From contig JBDSBT010000305.1 in NCBI GenBank assembly GCA_039921425.1, positions 1 through 33,234 of the forward strand: 33,234 bases of DNA. The letters run 5' to 3'. The first letter of the stretch is position 1. Each line of letters opens with the position of its first letter. The position numbers were made by a program, and so were the translations under genes. Origin of the DNA: Gemmatimonadaceae bacterium (lineage in GTDB: Bacteria; Gemmatimonadota; Gemmatimonadetes; Gemmatimonadales; Gemmatimonadaceae). This document shows positions 8,714 to 17,948 of the stretch, one piece after another. The notes below the pieces were generated by a model. The model saw nothing but the letters and a program-made list of their open reading frames with translations, was not told where the DNA came from and made no database searches.

Positions 8714-9247
8714 ATGATTTTGAAGTACCTCTTCCTCACTGTCTTTGTTGCCGGGCTGGCGCTCGCCGTTCACTCCATGCTGCACGGCGTCGAGCGCTGG
8801 CGAAGAAAAAAGTCTGCCAAGCCGTCGGCGGTAATCAATCCGCCAACGGCTGCGGCGCTCGCTGTCGGAATCGGCGCGACCGGGTATTTGCTCACCACCC
8901 GCACGGCGTTGAGCGTTATGCCAATTGTTCTGCTGTCATTAATCGCCGGGTCTATCTCACTTGTCGGCATGGTCGTGCTCATGGCCAAGTGGGCACTCCG
9001 GCCACCTGCTGACGGCGCGACACACGATGAAGAAGACATTCATGGCCAGATCGCTACGGTGACGCGGGCCATTACGGCGCATGCCGATGGGGAAATCGAA
9101 TATTTCGCCTGGGATCGCAATCATGTTTTGCCGGCATCATCGCTGGCATTGATTTCCGTTCCCGAGGGGACGGAGGTCGTCATTGATTCTATCGATAACG
9201 GCGTTGCACGCGTGGAGCTGTGGTCAGTTGTCGAAACGCGTCTGTAG
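8714..9247 (+). CDS. NfeD-like (YuaF-type) membrane protein: 3 TM segments + C-terminal OB fold
   Basis: Three hydrophobic helices, then GQIATVTRAI...GEI...ISVPEGTEVVIDSIDNGVARV, typical of the NfeD C-terminal OB domain. Alternative start GTG 8705 overlaps the DLH stop. Confidence 0.75.
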   Translation: MILKYLFLTVFVAGLALAVHSMLHGVERWRRKKSAKPSAVINPPTAAALAVGIGATGYLLTTRTALSVMPIVLLSLIAGSISLVGMVVLMAKWALRPPADGATHDEEDIHGQIATVTRAITAHADGEIEYFAWDRNHVLPASSLALISVPEGTEVVIDSIDNGVARVELWSVVETRL

Positions 9248-9250
9248 AGA

Positions 9251-9529
9251 TTACATCGCGTAAAGCTTGAGCCACTCCGGCCAGTTCCCGCTGAGCTCGA
9301 AGAACTCGTCGTAATAAACGAGGCCACGAGCTTCGAAATACGCTATAACAAGCCCGACCATGTCGTCGGCCGGCAGCGGTCCAACAGCGATGAGGCTGCC
9401 TTCCACTCGAAATTCCTCGTCTGTCAGATTGAAGAGTGTGTCGATTTCAGCTCTGCTGATAGCAGCGCGCTCAAAAGCATCCTTCTTGATGAGAATCGTC
9501 GGCAGTCCTGTGGCAACATTCAGGGGCAA
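9251..9529 (-). CDS. Small acidic hypothetical protein (~92 aa)
   Basis: TTG start at 9529 with GGAGA 8 nt upstream; globular-looking sequence ending GLVYYDEFFELSGNWPEWLKLYAM; fills the gap between the NfeD-like gene and mnmG. Confidence 0.75.
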   Translation of the reverse strand: MPLNVATGLPTILIKKDAFERAAISRAEIDTLFNLTDEEFRVEGSLIAVGPLPADDMVGLVIAYFEARGLVYYDEFFELSGNWPEWLKLYAM

Positions 9530-9586
9530 GGGCTCGTTCTCCGTCTCGACTGACAATGTGTGGCAATCCAGCATTAGCTTCAATGT

Positions 9587-11524
9587 ATGTCTGGCCGTAA
9601 TGCATCGCGCTCTATCGAAGCGCATTTTGACGTAATTGTGGTAGGTGCGGGTCACGCCGGCACCGAGGCGGCTGTCGGGGCTGCACGAGCTGGCGCGACC
9701 GTCGGTCTGGTCACGAGCTCGCTAGAGACTATCGGCCAGATGTCCTGCAATCCGGCAATTGGTGGAGTCGCAAAAGGAACCGTTGTACGGGAAGTTGACG
9801 CGCTCGGCGGCATCATGGGCCGAGCGACGGATCTCTCAACAATACAGTTTCGGATGCTCAACCGCAGCAAGGGCCCCGCGGTATGGGCGCCGAGAGCTCA
9901 GTGCGATCGCGGTCTCTATCGAAGAGCCGCTCGATCACTCATCGAGCAGCACGATCGTATTCAGACTATTCAAGGCACGGTCGCGCGTCTGATTTTTGAT
10001 TCTCCAAACGCCGTTGCCGGAATTGAGACCCTCGAGGGTCGCACATTTTCGGCGACCTGTGTCGTGATCACTACGGGCACTTTCCTTCGCGGTCGAATTC
10101 ACATCGGCACAGGTACCAACCTGTCGGGCGGGAGAGCGGGCGAGTCTGCTGCGACTCATCTGGCCGAACAACTCGAGGAGGCTGGTCTCGAAGTTTCACG
10201 ATTCAAGACGGGAACCCCTCCGCGAATTGACGGTCGGTCTGTCGACTTCTCGAAAATGGAGAGACAGGAAAGCGAAATCGAACAGTTTGATTATGCGTGG
10301 TCACACTTCTGGAAGAACGAGCAGGGAGAATCTCTCCGCGACCTGCGCCCAGTCCAGATGCCCTGCTGGATCACGCATGTAGATGCGCCCGCAAAGGCAA
10401 TCGTTCAGGAGAAGATCACGCAGTCGGCCATGTACGGCGGAGCGATCACCGCACGAGGCCCCCGCTATTGCCCATCGATCGAGGACAAGATCGTCCGCTT
10501 CCCTCACGCCGAGCGACATCAACTCTTTCTCGAGCCGGAGGGGCACGATACGACAGAGCTTTATGTCAACGGTTTATCGACATCGCTGCCTGGTTCCGTA
10601 CAGTTGGAAATTCTGCGAACCATTCCCGGCCTTGAAAATGTCCGAATGAATCGAGCCGGTTATGCAATCGAATACGACTATTACCCGCCGACTCAGCTCG
10701 AGAGCACGCTGCAGGTCAAAAGCATTGCCGGTCTCTACTTTGCCGGACAGATAAACGGCACGACGGGTTACGAAGAGGCCGCAGGGCAGGGCTCACTCGC
10801 CGGAATCAACGCAGGCCTCTCGGCCTTGAAACGGGATCCGCTCGTGCTTGGCCGGGAAACATCGTATATCGGTGTACTGGCCGACGACCTGGTGACTTGC
10901 GGTGTTGACGAGCCTTACCGGCTTTTTACTTCACGGTCTGAATTTCGCCTGACGGTTCGTCAGGACAACGCACTCTCGAGACTTGGCGAGATCGGACTTC
11001 GGTTGGGTCTCTTCCTTGACGAAGAAATGGTCGTTGTTAAGGAGCGATTGGCGGAGTCGGAAAAAATTCACCAGACTGCTGCGATGACGAGCATCAGCCC
11101 GGCAGCAGCGAATCCCATTCTCGAAAGCGCTGGAACAACACCGATTCGTCATTCCGTCAAAGTCGTCGAGCTCGCCAGGCGGCAGGGTGTTGGACTATCG
11201 GATCTTTTCAATGCAGCTGGAGTTTCGTCGAGCTTTTCACCTGAGGGAATCATCTCGGCTGAACTGGAAACGAAGTATGCCGGTTATTTTGAGCGGGAGC
11301 GCGCACAGGCTGATCGAATCAAGTTGATGGGAGAATTCCCTATTCCGACAAACATTCCATTTGATGGAATGAACTCGCTCTCATACGAGGCGAGACAGAA
11401 GCTCGAGGCAATCAAGCCCAGGACGCTTGCGCAGGCATCGAGAATTCCAGGCGTCAGCCCCAGCGATATTCAGAATCTCGTCATCGAGCTTGAGCGGCTT
11501 CGGTCAGCTTCTGCGCTGACCTAG
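9587..11524 (+). CDS. mnmG: tRNA U34 5-carboxymethylaminomethyl modification enzyme MnmG (GidA)
   Basis: [68 protein letters not shown]. Confidence 0.98.
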   Translation: MSGRNASRSIEAHFDVIVVGAGHAGTEAAVGAARAGATVGLVTSSLETIGQMSCNPAIGGVAKGTVVREVDALGGIMGRATDLSTIQFRMLNRSKGPAVWAPRAQCDRGLYRRAARSLIEQHDRIQTIQGTVARLIFDSPNAVAGIETLEGRTFSATCVVITTGTFLRGRIHIGTGTNLSGGRAGESAATHLAEQLEEAGLEVSRFKTGTPPRIDGRSVDFSKMERQESEIEQFDYAWSHFWKNEQGESLRDLRPVQMPCWITHVDAPAKAIVQEKITQSAMYGGAITARGPRYCPSIEDKIVRFPHAERHQLFLEPEGHDTTELYVNGLSTSLPGSVQLEILRTIPGLENVRMNRAGYAIEYDYYPPTQLESTLQVKSIAGLYFAGQINGTTGYEEAAGQGSLAGINAGLSALKRDPLVLGRETSYIGVLADDLVTCGVDEPYRLFTSRSEFRLTVRQDNALSRLGEIGLRLGLFLDEEMVVVKERLAESEKIHQTAAMTSISPAAANPILESAGTTPIRHSVKVVELARRQGVGLSDLFNAAGVSSSFSPEGIISAELETKYAGYFERERAQADRIKLMGEFPIPTNIPFDGMNSLSYEARQKLEAIKPRTLAQASRIPGVSPSDIQNLVIELERLRSASALT

Positions 11525-12423
11525 GCAACGGTGCGGTCATTGGCTATTGGCTCGTTGCGGTATTCCAGAATGATGACGGCGACCGCGATCATCGCCCCGC
11601 CGATGATGATCGAGAGGGTCAAAGCCTGACCTAGCACAACGGCGCCCAGTACGGCCGTGAAGAACGGTTCGATAGTTGAGATAATCGAAGTTCGCACGGG
11701 GCCTAAGACTTTTAAGCCAGCGAGAAGGGTTCCGAACGCCAGCACTGTTCCCACCAATGCCAAAATGACGAGTATCACCCAGACATTGATTCCCTCTGGA
11801 ATCGTGAGCTGGCGCGTAGCGAGGCTGACAACGAAAAAAGATGCGGCGACTCCGCTTACCAGATAGAACGACGACAGCACCGGCGGGAGTTGTCCTTGCG
11901 CCTCGTTGATCATCGGCAGATACAACGCATACAAAAGCGCCGTGCCAAGAGCCATTATGACTCCGATGGCGTTCGTGCTTTCAGCCGGAGACCCCACCAT
12001 TAGGGCAATTCCAGCCATCGCTGTCGCAAGAGCAATGAGCCGTTCTCTCGTCAGTTTCTCGCGCCCCCTTGCCGCTGAGATAGCAGCTACCCAGGCGGGG
12101 TATGTATAGAAAAGAAAGGCGAGTTCTCCTACGGGCAGATAGTCCAGTGCCTTGAACGAGAGGTATGAAGTAGCTGCCTGACCGATTCCTCCTATGGCTA
12201 CCAGCCGCCATGCCGCTTTGGCGGGCGGTGCGCCCCGCATGGTCCGCCGTGTGATCGCGAAAAGCATGACGGCCGCAAGTAAGAACCGCCAGAAGACAAC
12301 GTCCAGAAGTGGCAGACCCCCGCGCATTACGAGAAGCGTCAGCGTAGTCAACGAACCGAAGCAGCATGCCGACACCACTATGAGTGCTGTAGCGCGGACG
12401 ATTGGATATTGGTTCATTGTCAC
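11521..12423 (-). CDS. DMT/EamA family transporter
   Basis: About 10 TM segments in two EamA repeats ([26 protein letters not shown]). Confidence 0.92.
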   Translation of the reverse strand: MTMNQYPIVRATALIVVSACCFGSLTTLTLLVMRGGLPLLDVVFWRFLLAAVMLFAITRRTMRGAPPAKAAWRLVAIGGIGQAATSYLSFKALDYLPVGELAFLFYTYPAWVAAISAARGREKLTRERLIALATAMAGIALMVGSPAESTNAIGVIMALGTALLYALYLPMINEAQGQLPPVLSSFYLVSGVAASFFVVSLATRQLTIPEGINVWVILVILALVGTVLAFGTLLAGLKVLGPVRTSIISTIEPFFTAVLGAVVLGQALTLSIIIGGAMIAVAVIILEYRNEPIANDRTVA

Positions 12424-12537
12424 GAGGAAAATTTATGACTAACGTGCCGATAAGCTCTTACTGGCCGACATTTCATTGGCACGCCATTTTGGTTCCTGGT
12501 TGAGCACTTCACAGACAGCGCACGCTGAGGTTTTCGC

Positions 12538-13515
12538 TTGACGTCATCCACCTTCACAGAAATCCCGGCGCTTAACCCGGCATCGGTTGAAGATCCATCA
12601 AAGGATCTTGGCTTCGGATCCGAAGTTGCGCGGGGTAGCCACAAACGCCTTCTGAATCGTGACGGCACGTTCAATGTCGTTCGATTTGGACTGAGACCGT
12701 TCGCATCGCTGAGCATCTATCACTGGTCTCTCTCGGCATCATGGCCGCGATTCCTGGGCATGCTGGCTGTTGCATATCTCGGGATAAATACGCTGTTCGC
12801 GTTTGGCTACATCCTCTGTGGTGTAAACGCGCTACAGGGTGAACCGGTCAGTTCATCGTCAGCGGTGTTTATGCGCGCGTTCTTTTTCAGCGTGCAGACA
12901 TTCGCGACTATCGGATACGGCCATGTGATTGCCGTCGGACTAGCGTCGAATGTACTTGTCACACTTGAGGCGTTCCTCAATATCGTGGGCGTTGCACTAT
13001 CAACCGGTGTTGTATTCGCGCGATTCTCCCGACCCACGGCTAAGATCATCTACAGTCGTAATGCGGTTGTAGCGCCATACAAGGGTATCTCAGCGCTCGA
13101 ATTTCGAATTGCGAATTCCCGCACCAGCCAGATTATCGAGCTTGAGGCGAAGGTGATTCTGAGCCGGATCGAGGCTTCCAGCGAAGGCCTCGTCCGGAAG
13201 TTTCGCGATCTTGATCTGGAGAGAACGCGTGTGACATTCTTTCCTCTGAGCTGGACGCTGGTGCACCCGATCGATGAGCGCAGTCCGCTCGCGGGAATGC
13301 AGTATGAGGATCTCCTCGAATCCAATACGGAGATTCTGATTCTCCTTACTGGTACTGACGAGACATCATCTCAGACGGTTCATTCCAGGTCTTCGTACAA
13401 GGCGGAAGAGATCGTGTGGAATGCCTCCTTTGCTCCGATATTCAAGCGAAGCCACGAGGATGGCATTCTTGGAATGGATGTTGGCCGAATCCACGACATC
13501 AGCAAATTGGGTTGA
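12538..13515 (+). CDS. Inward-rectifier potassium channel (KirBac family)
   Basis: Two TM segments with pore FFFSVQTFATIGYG, FARFSRP, cytoplasmic domain FRIANSR / WTLVHPIDERSPL / HSRSSY. Confidence 0.93.
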   Translation: MTSSTFTEIPALNPASVEDPSKDLGFGSEVARGSHKRLLNRDGTFNVVRFGLRPFASLSIYHWSLSASWPRFLGMLAVAYLGINTLFAFGYILCGVNALQGEPVSSSSAVFMRAFFFSVQTFATIGYGHVIAVGLASNVLVTLEAFLNIVGVALSTGVVFARFSRPTAKIIYSRNAVVAPYKGISALEFRIANSRTSQIIELEAKVILSRIEASSEGLVRKFRDLDLERTRVTFFPLSWTLVHPIDERSPLAGMQYEDLLESNTEILILLTGTDETSSQTVHSRSSYKAEEIVWNASFAPIFKRSHEDGILGMDVGRIHDISKLG

Positions 13516-13529
13516 TACGGTAAAGTCTG

Positions 13530-13554
13530 TGCAACTTCGTACGGGGTAGTCGTC
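13530..13554 (+). promoter_or_regulatory. Candidate ECF-sigma promoter upstream of the SIMPL gene
   Basis: TGCAAC-N15-CGTC resembles the AAC/CGT-type ECF consensus; the spacer is 1 nt shorter than the B. subtilis SigW/M/X N16. Confidence 0.35.
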
Positions 13555-13601
13555 TTACTTGCTGAGCAAGTTCAGCAGGACCATCTTCAGCCAGCAAAAC
13601 T

Positions 13602-14318
13602 ATGAAACGAATCATTTTAGCATTCGCGGCATTTACAACGCCATTAACGGCACAGAATGCCAACACTATTCCGATACCTCCCCAGATTGCTGTAACTTCC
13701 CGAGGTGAAATCAAAGTTAATCCCGACCACGCAACAATCCAGATAAGCGTTCAAACCAAGGCCGCTTCCGCAGCCGCCGCCGCATCGGAGAACGCCTCCA
13801 AGCAAAAAGCTGTAATCGATGCCCTCCACGCCCTCGGCCTAAAAAACTCTGATATCTCAACATCGGATTACAGCGTCAATCCGGAGCAGCGGTACGAGCC
13901 CAACAAAGAGCCGACCGTTGTGGGGTACAATGTCACCAACACACTTTCAGTCGAAGTGTCGGCCCTGAAGATGGTTGGCCCGGTTATCGATGCAGCGCTC
14001 GCGAAGGGCGCCAACATGATCAGCTCGCTGCAGTTTTCAGCATCCAATACCGAATCAGCCCGCCGATCCGCAATCTCCATGGCCATCCAACGGGCTCGTG
14101 CCGATGCCGAAGTTGCCGCCAAGGCAGCCGGCGGTTCACTCGGCGGATTGCTCGAGGTGACCATCGGAGCTTACTTTGCTCCGCCGCCGCGCCCATTTGA
14201 TATGAAGGTGCGGACTGCCATGGCCGCCTCTGCGGATCAGACCCCCATCAACCCAGGGGAGCAGACTGTTTCCGTTGATATCAACACCCGCTGGGTTTAC
14301 CTCGACCGAAAGCTCTAG
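13602..14318 (+). CDS. SIMPL/DUF541 (YggE/BP26-like) periplasmic protein
   Basis: Signal peptide, IAVTSRGEIKVNPDHATI, GYNVTN, GANMISSLQF, ARADAEVAAKAAG, PINPGEQTVSV. Confidence 0.92.
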   Translation: MKRIILAFAAFTTPLTAQNANTIPIPPQIAVTSRGEIKVNPDHATIQISVQTKAASAAAAASENASKQKAVIDALHALGLKNSDISTSDYSVNPEQRYEPNKEPTVVGYNVTNTLSVEVSALKMVGPVIDAALAKGANMISSLQFSASNTESARRSAISMAIQRARADAEVAAKAAGGSLGGLLEVTIGAYFAPPPRPFDMKVRTAMAASADQTPINPGEQTVSVDINTRWVYLDRKL

Positions 14319-14326
14319 ACTAATAG

Positions 14327-14342
14327 ATTTTCACGTGAAACA
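14327..14342. promoter_or_regulatory. parS: parS centromere-like site
   Basis: ATTTTCACGTGAAACA, 14/16 match to consensus TGTTTCACGTGAAACA, about 70 bp upstream of parA. Confidence 0.85.
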
Positions 14343-14344
14343 AC

Positions 14345-14379
14345 GAAGGCCCCGTTTGCCACTGCCAAGCGGGGCCTTC
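14345..14379 (+). terminator. GC-rich stem-loop downstream of SIMPL, adjacent to parS
   Basis: GAAGGCCCCGTTTG-ccactgc-CAAGCGGGGCCTTC, 14-bp stem with one G-U pair; no clear U-tract on the + strand. Confidence 0.55.
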
Positions 14380-14413
14380 AAGCCCTAACTTCCGGTCACC
14401 AATAACCGATCCG

Positions 14414-15208
14414 GTGTCCTTGGGAAGAGTAATCGCAGTTGCGAATCAGAAAGGTGGTGTAGGCAAGACAACCACGACGGTCAACCTCGCAGCCAGCCTC
14501 GCGGCAGCCGAACAGCGCACCCTCCTGATTGATGGCGATCCTCAGGGAAATGCCACGAGCGGACTCGGACTCAAAGGGGCCGAGGCAGAATCTACTCTAT
14601 ACGACGTTCTGCTCGGATCCGCCCGAGCGGATGAAGCAGTTATCAGAAGTGTGCACTTCGAGCAACTGGATGTGATCGCCGCCACTCCAGATCTTGCTGG
14701 GGCGGAGATCGAGCTGATCGACAAACCAGGCCGCGGTACGACGATGCGCCATGCCATCGCTGCCATCCGCGATGACTACGATTTCATTCTCATCGATTGC
14801 CCACCGTCACTGGGATTGATAACCCTCAACATGCTTGGCGCAGCAGATTCAGTGTTGATACCCCTTCAATGCGAGTACTACGCGTTAGAGGGATTATCCC
14901 AACTGTTGAACACCATTCACCGAATTCAACACGGGGTTAACGAGGAACTCGGAATTGCCGGAGTTCTTCTGACCATGTACGATGCCCGCCTGAACCTGTC
15001 GCGCCAAGTCGCGGCCGACGCTCGAGAGTACTTCAATGAAACGGTATTCGAAACGGTGATTCCTAGAAACGTTCGGCTTGCCGAAGCACCGAGCTTCGGC
15101 AAGCCGATTATCCTCTACGACATCGGATCTGTCGGAGCGAAGGCCTACATGCAGATGGCCAGAGAGTTGATCGCACGGACACTTTCCGGGATTTCCAATG
15201 ACTCCTGA
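14414..15208 (+). CDS. parA: Chromosome partitioning ATPase ParA/Soj
   Basis: NQKGGVGKTT deviant Walker A, DPQGNAT, IDCPPSLG, QCEYYALEG, IPRNVRLAEAPSFG. Confidence 0.97.
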   Translation: MSLGRVIAVANQKGGVGKTTTTVNLAASLAAAEQRTLLIDGDPQGNATSGLGLKGAEAESTLYDVLLGSARADEAVIRSVHFEQLDVIAATPDLAGAEIELIDKPGRGTTMRHAIAAIRDDYDFILIDCPPSLGLITLNMLGAADSVLIPLQCEYYALEGLSQLLNTIHRIQHGVNEELGIAGVLLTMYDARLNLSRQVAADAREYFNETVFETVIPRNVRLAEAPSFGKPIILYDIGSVGAKAYMQMARELIARTLSGISNDS

Positions 15209-16094
15209 GAAATCAACGCGTCGCCTGGGTCGTGGACTCGATGCTCTGTTCTCCGCGCCAGACCCAAACCAGGCGATCGCAGACGAAGGACCACTTCGAG
15301 CTATCGCTGTAAGCGACATCATCAGCAATCCGTTCCAGCCTCGAAAGAACTTCAATCCTCAGGATCTGAAGGAGCTTCAGGAGAGCCTGAAAGCCAATGG
15401 TCTTCTCCAGCCAATAACGGTTCGGCCGTCGCCAAAGAAGACAGGCACGTTCGAGCTAATCGCCGGAGAACGCCGGCTGCGCGCAGCAACCGCCATTGGT
15501 TGGGAAAAGATTTCAGCAGTGGTGAAAGACCTGAGTGATCAGGAAATACTCACTCTCGCTTTGGTTGAAAATCTTCAGAGATCCGATCTGAATCCGATCG
15601 AAGAGGCCGAAGGATATAGTCAGCTGATCGAACAATTCGGACACACCCAGCAATCAGTTGCCATCATTGTCGGCAAGGATCGCTCGACAATCGCCAATGT
15701 TTTGAGGGTTCTTCAACTGCCACCCGCAGTTCGTCAGCTCTTGCAGGATGGACGGCTCACCGCTGGACAGGCACGGCCGCTTCTGGCACTCGAGAACGAA
15801 AAACTGATCACTGACCTGGCTCGCCAGATTGTGGCTAATGGCCTGAGCGCGCGAGAAGTCGAACGCCAAGTCAGGCAGACCGGGCCCGACAAATCTCCCT
15901 CCGGTAAGGGTCGCCCGAGGAAAAACGACACAAGAGCTCCAGAGGTACGAGCGATCGAACAAAATCTGCGAAAACACTTCCAGACGGACGTAGAGATCAA
16001 GATGCGGACGGCCACCAAAGGGTTTATTTCCGTGGCCTTCTATTCAGCGGATGATCTCGAAAGAATCATGGATCTCATTGGCATTACGAGTTAA
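15198..16094 (+). CDS. parB: Chromosome partitioning CTPase ParB/Spo0J
   Basis: LGRGLDAL N-terminal ParA-activating peptide, NPFQPR, GLLQPI, AGERRLRA (CTP motif), ENLQRSDLNPIEEA, HTH GKDRSTIAN. Confidence 0.97.
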   Translation: MTPEKSTRRLGRGLDALFSAPDPNQAIADEGPLRAIAVSDIISNPFQPRKNFNPQDLKELQESLKANGLLQPITVRPSPKKTGTFELIAGERRLRAATAIGWEKISAVVKDLSDQEILTLALVENLQRSDLNPIEEAEGYSQLIEQFGHTQQSVAIIVGKDRSTIANVLRVLQLPPAVRQLLQDGRLTAGQARPLLALENEKLITDLARQIVANGLSAREVERQVRQTGPDKSPSGKGRPRKNDTRAPEVRAIEQNLRKHFQTDVEIKMRTATKGFISVAFYSADDLERIMDLIGITS

Positions 16095-16182
16095 TCCACA
16101 TTAATCTCCACAAAGTGCCTAACTCCTTATTTCTCAATCACTTAAATCGTTTCCATTCTGATTCATGAAGGTTTTATCCACG
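16092..16182 (+). promoter_or_regulatory. Cluster of DnaA-box-like 9-mers flanking an AT-rich spacer
   Basis: TAATCCACA (16092, 8/9), ATCTCCACA (16104, 7/9), TTATCCACG (16174, 8/9) versus TTATCCACA; all in the same orientation. Confidence 0.4.
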
Positions 16183-17178
16183 GTTATCACCGCGTTTGTT
16201 GCAATCACTATCGGTGCCTGTTCGCGCTCAGAAAAACGTCCGGATGCCAGGGCCGGAAAGTCGTTCAAGGTCGCCTTATTGACTCCGGGTCCGATCTCTG
16301 ACAAGTCATGGAATGGTGGCGCCTACGAGGGATTGATGGCAGTTCGTGACAGCCTGGGTGCAGAAGTAAGCCATATCCAAACCAAAACACCGGCAGAATT
16401 CGATGAGAACTTTCGCCAGTACGGCGCCAAGGGTTTCGATCTCGTCTTCGGCCACGGCTTTGAGTTTCAGGACGCAGCACTCCGCGTGGCACCCGGTTAT
16501 CCCGCTACCGTCTATATCACAACTAGTGGAACCAGCGTTGCGAAGAATGTTGGCGGAGTGGACTTCGCGTTCGAAGAGGCGTCTTATCTCGCCGGCATGG
16601 TCGCAGGACGACTGACGAAGTCAAACACCCTTGGCGTCATTGGCGGAACTGAACTGCCCCCAGTCCGACGAAGTTTCGGGGCTTATGAAAGGGGAGCTCA
16701 CTCGGTAAATCCCCGGGTGAAGATCCTCAAGTCCTACATCGGGAACTGGGACGATGCGAGCGCCGGCAAGGAGCAGGCAATCGCTCAGATCTCCCGAGGT
16801 GCAGATGTAATTTTTCAAAACGCTGATGCCGCTGGTCTCGGAATTTTCCAGGCAGTGAAGGAATCGCCTGGAACCCTCATCATTGGCTCGAATGCAAATC
16901 AGAACGCCATCGCCCCCAACCAGACCATTGGCAGCGTGGTTATCGACCTGCCACACGCATTTCTGCTGATTGCTCGAGAAATTCAGGCAGGACCTTTCAC
17001 GGGACACGTTTTCTCCCTTGGCCTGCATGATGGCGTCGTCAGGTATGTTCCCAATCAAGTGCTGCTCCACACTATTCCACCGTCCGTAAAGGCGGAAGTT
17101 GACTCGATGCAGAGAGCAATGATCGCCGGTTCGTTCAAGCTTTTACTCGACACTCCAAAAGCACAGATCGTAAAGTGA
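16165..17178 (+). CDS. BMP/PnrA family ABC substrate-binding lipoprotein (nucleoside/purine)
   Basis: Lipobox TIGA-C, DKSWNGGAYEG, GHGFEF, EEASYLAG, GADVIFQ. Confidence 0.93.
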   Translation: MKVLSTVITAFVAITIGACSRSEKRPDARAGKSFKVALLTPGPISDKSWNGGAYEGLMAVRDSLGAEVSHIQTKTPAEFDENFRQYGAKGFDLVFGHGFEFQDAALRVAPGYPATVYITTSGTSVAKNVGGVDFAFEEASYLAGMVAGRLTKSNTLGVIGGTELPPVRRSFGAYERGAHSVNPRVKILKSYIGNWDDASAGKEQAIAQISRGADVIFQNADAAGLGIFQAVKESPGTLIIGSNANQNAIAPNQTIGSVVIDLPHAFLLIAREIQAGPFTGHVFSLGLHDGVVRYVPNQVLLHTIPPSVKAEVDSMQRAMIAGSFKLLLDTPKAQIVK

Positions 17179-17948
17179 CTGAGACTGCCACGCTCGCAGA
17201 CTATCTCGATGTCTTGCTCGAGACAGCACGAATTCCTGACTATCCAGGAGCTCTCAACGGACTTCAGCTCGGCAACTCGGGCAGCGTCAACAAGATTGCC
17301 GCCGCAGTGGACTTCTCGTCACGAACAGTCGCGGCCGCAATTGAACAACAGGCCAATCTGTTGCTCGTGCACCACGGAATGTTCTGGAGCGGAACCCGGC
17401 CGCTGACTGGACGTCGCTATGAGTTGCTTCGTTCACTGATCGAAAATGACGTCGCGGTTTACTCATCGCACTTGCCACTGGATTGCCACCGCACTTTTGG
17501 TAACAATGTGCTACTATCTCGCGAGTTGGGCTTGGAGTCCAGCGGAACCTTTGCTGCCTACAAAGGATTTCCCATCGGGGTTCGCGGTTCTTCCAACGTC
17601 GCGACAGCGGACCTGGCAGAACGTGCGCGTCAGTTCGCGGCCCGCCAGGGTGGGGTGACCGTGATCACGGACTTCGAGCCCGATGCAGTCAGTACTTCAT
17701 GGGCGATCTGCACGGGCTCCGGAGCATCGGCAGATACGCTTCAGGAAGCAGCTGGCCTCGGTGTCAATACACTTATAGTCGGTGAAGGGCCACATTGGAC
17801 CGCAGTCGAAGCAAACGAGATTGGCATCACGATCATTTATGCCGGACACTACGCAACCGAAACGTTGGGTGTTAGCGCGTTAGCCGAACATCTCGCACAG
17901 CAGTTTCATCTCGACTGGATTCCGATACACGCGCCGACAGGACTTTGA
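17175..17948 (+). CDS. Nif3/DUF34 (YbgI-like) dinuclear metal-centre protein
   Basis: DYPGALNGLQ, LLVHHG, HLPLDCH, GNN, AGHYATE. Confidence 0.93.
   Translation: MTETATLADYLDVLLETARIPDYPGALNGLQLGNSGSVNKIAAAVDFSSRTVAAAIEQQANLLLVHHGMFWSGTRPLTGRRYELLRSLIENDVAVYSSHLPLDCHRTFGNNVLLSRELGLESSGTFAAYKGFPIGVRGSSNVATADLAERARQFAARQGGVTVITDFEPDAVSTSWAICTGSGASADTLQEAAGLGVNTLIVGEGPHWTAVEANEIGITIIYAGHYATETLGVSALAEHLAQQFHLDWIPIHAPTGL

Noticed and set aside
12477-12493. Sigma54-like TGGCACG upstream of the Kir channel
   Set aside because: No GC at the obligatory -12 position (TTTGG, wrong spacing).
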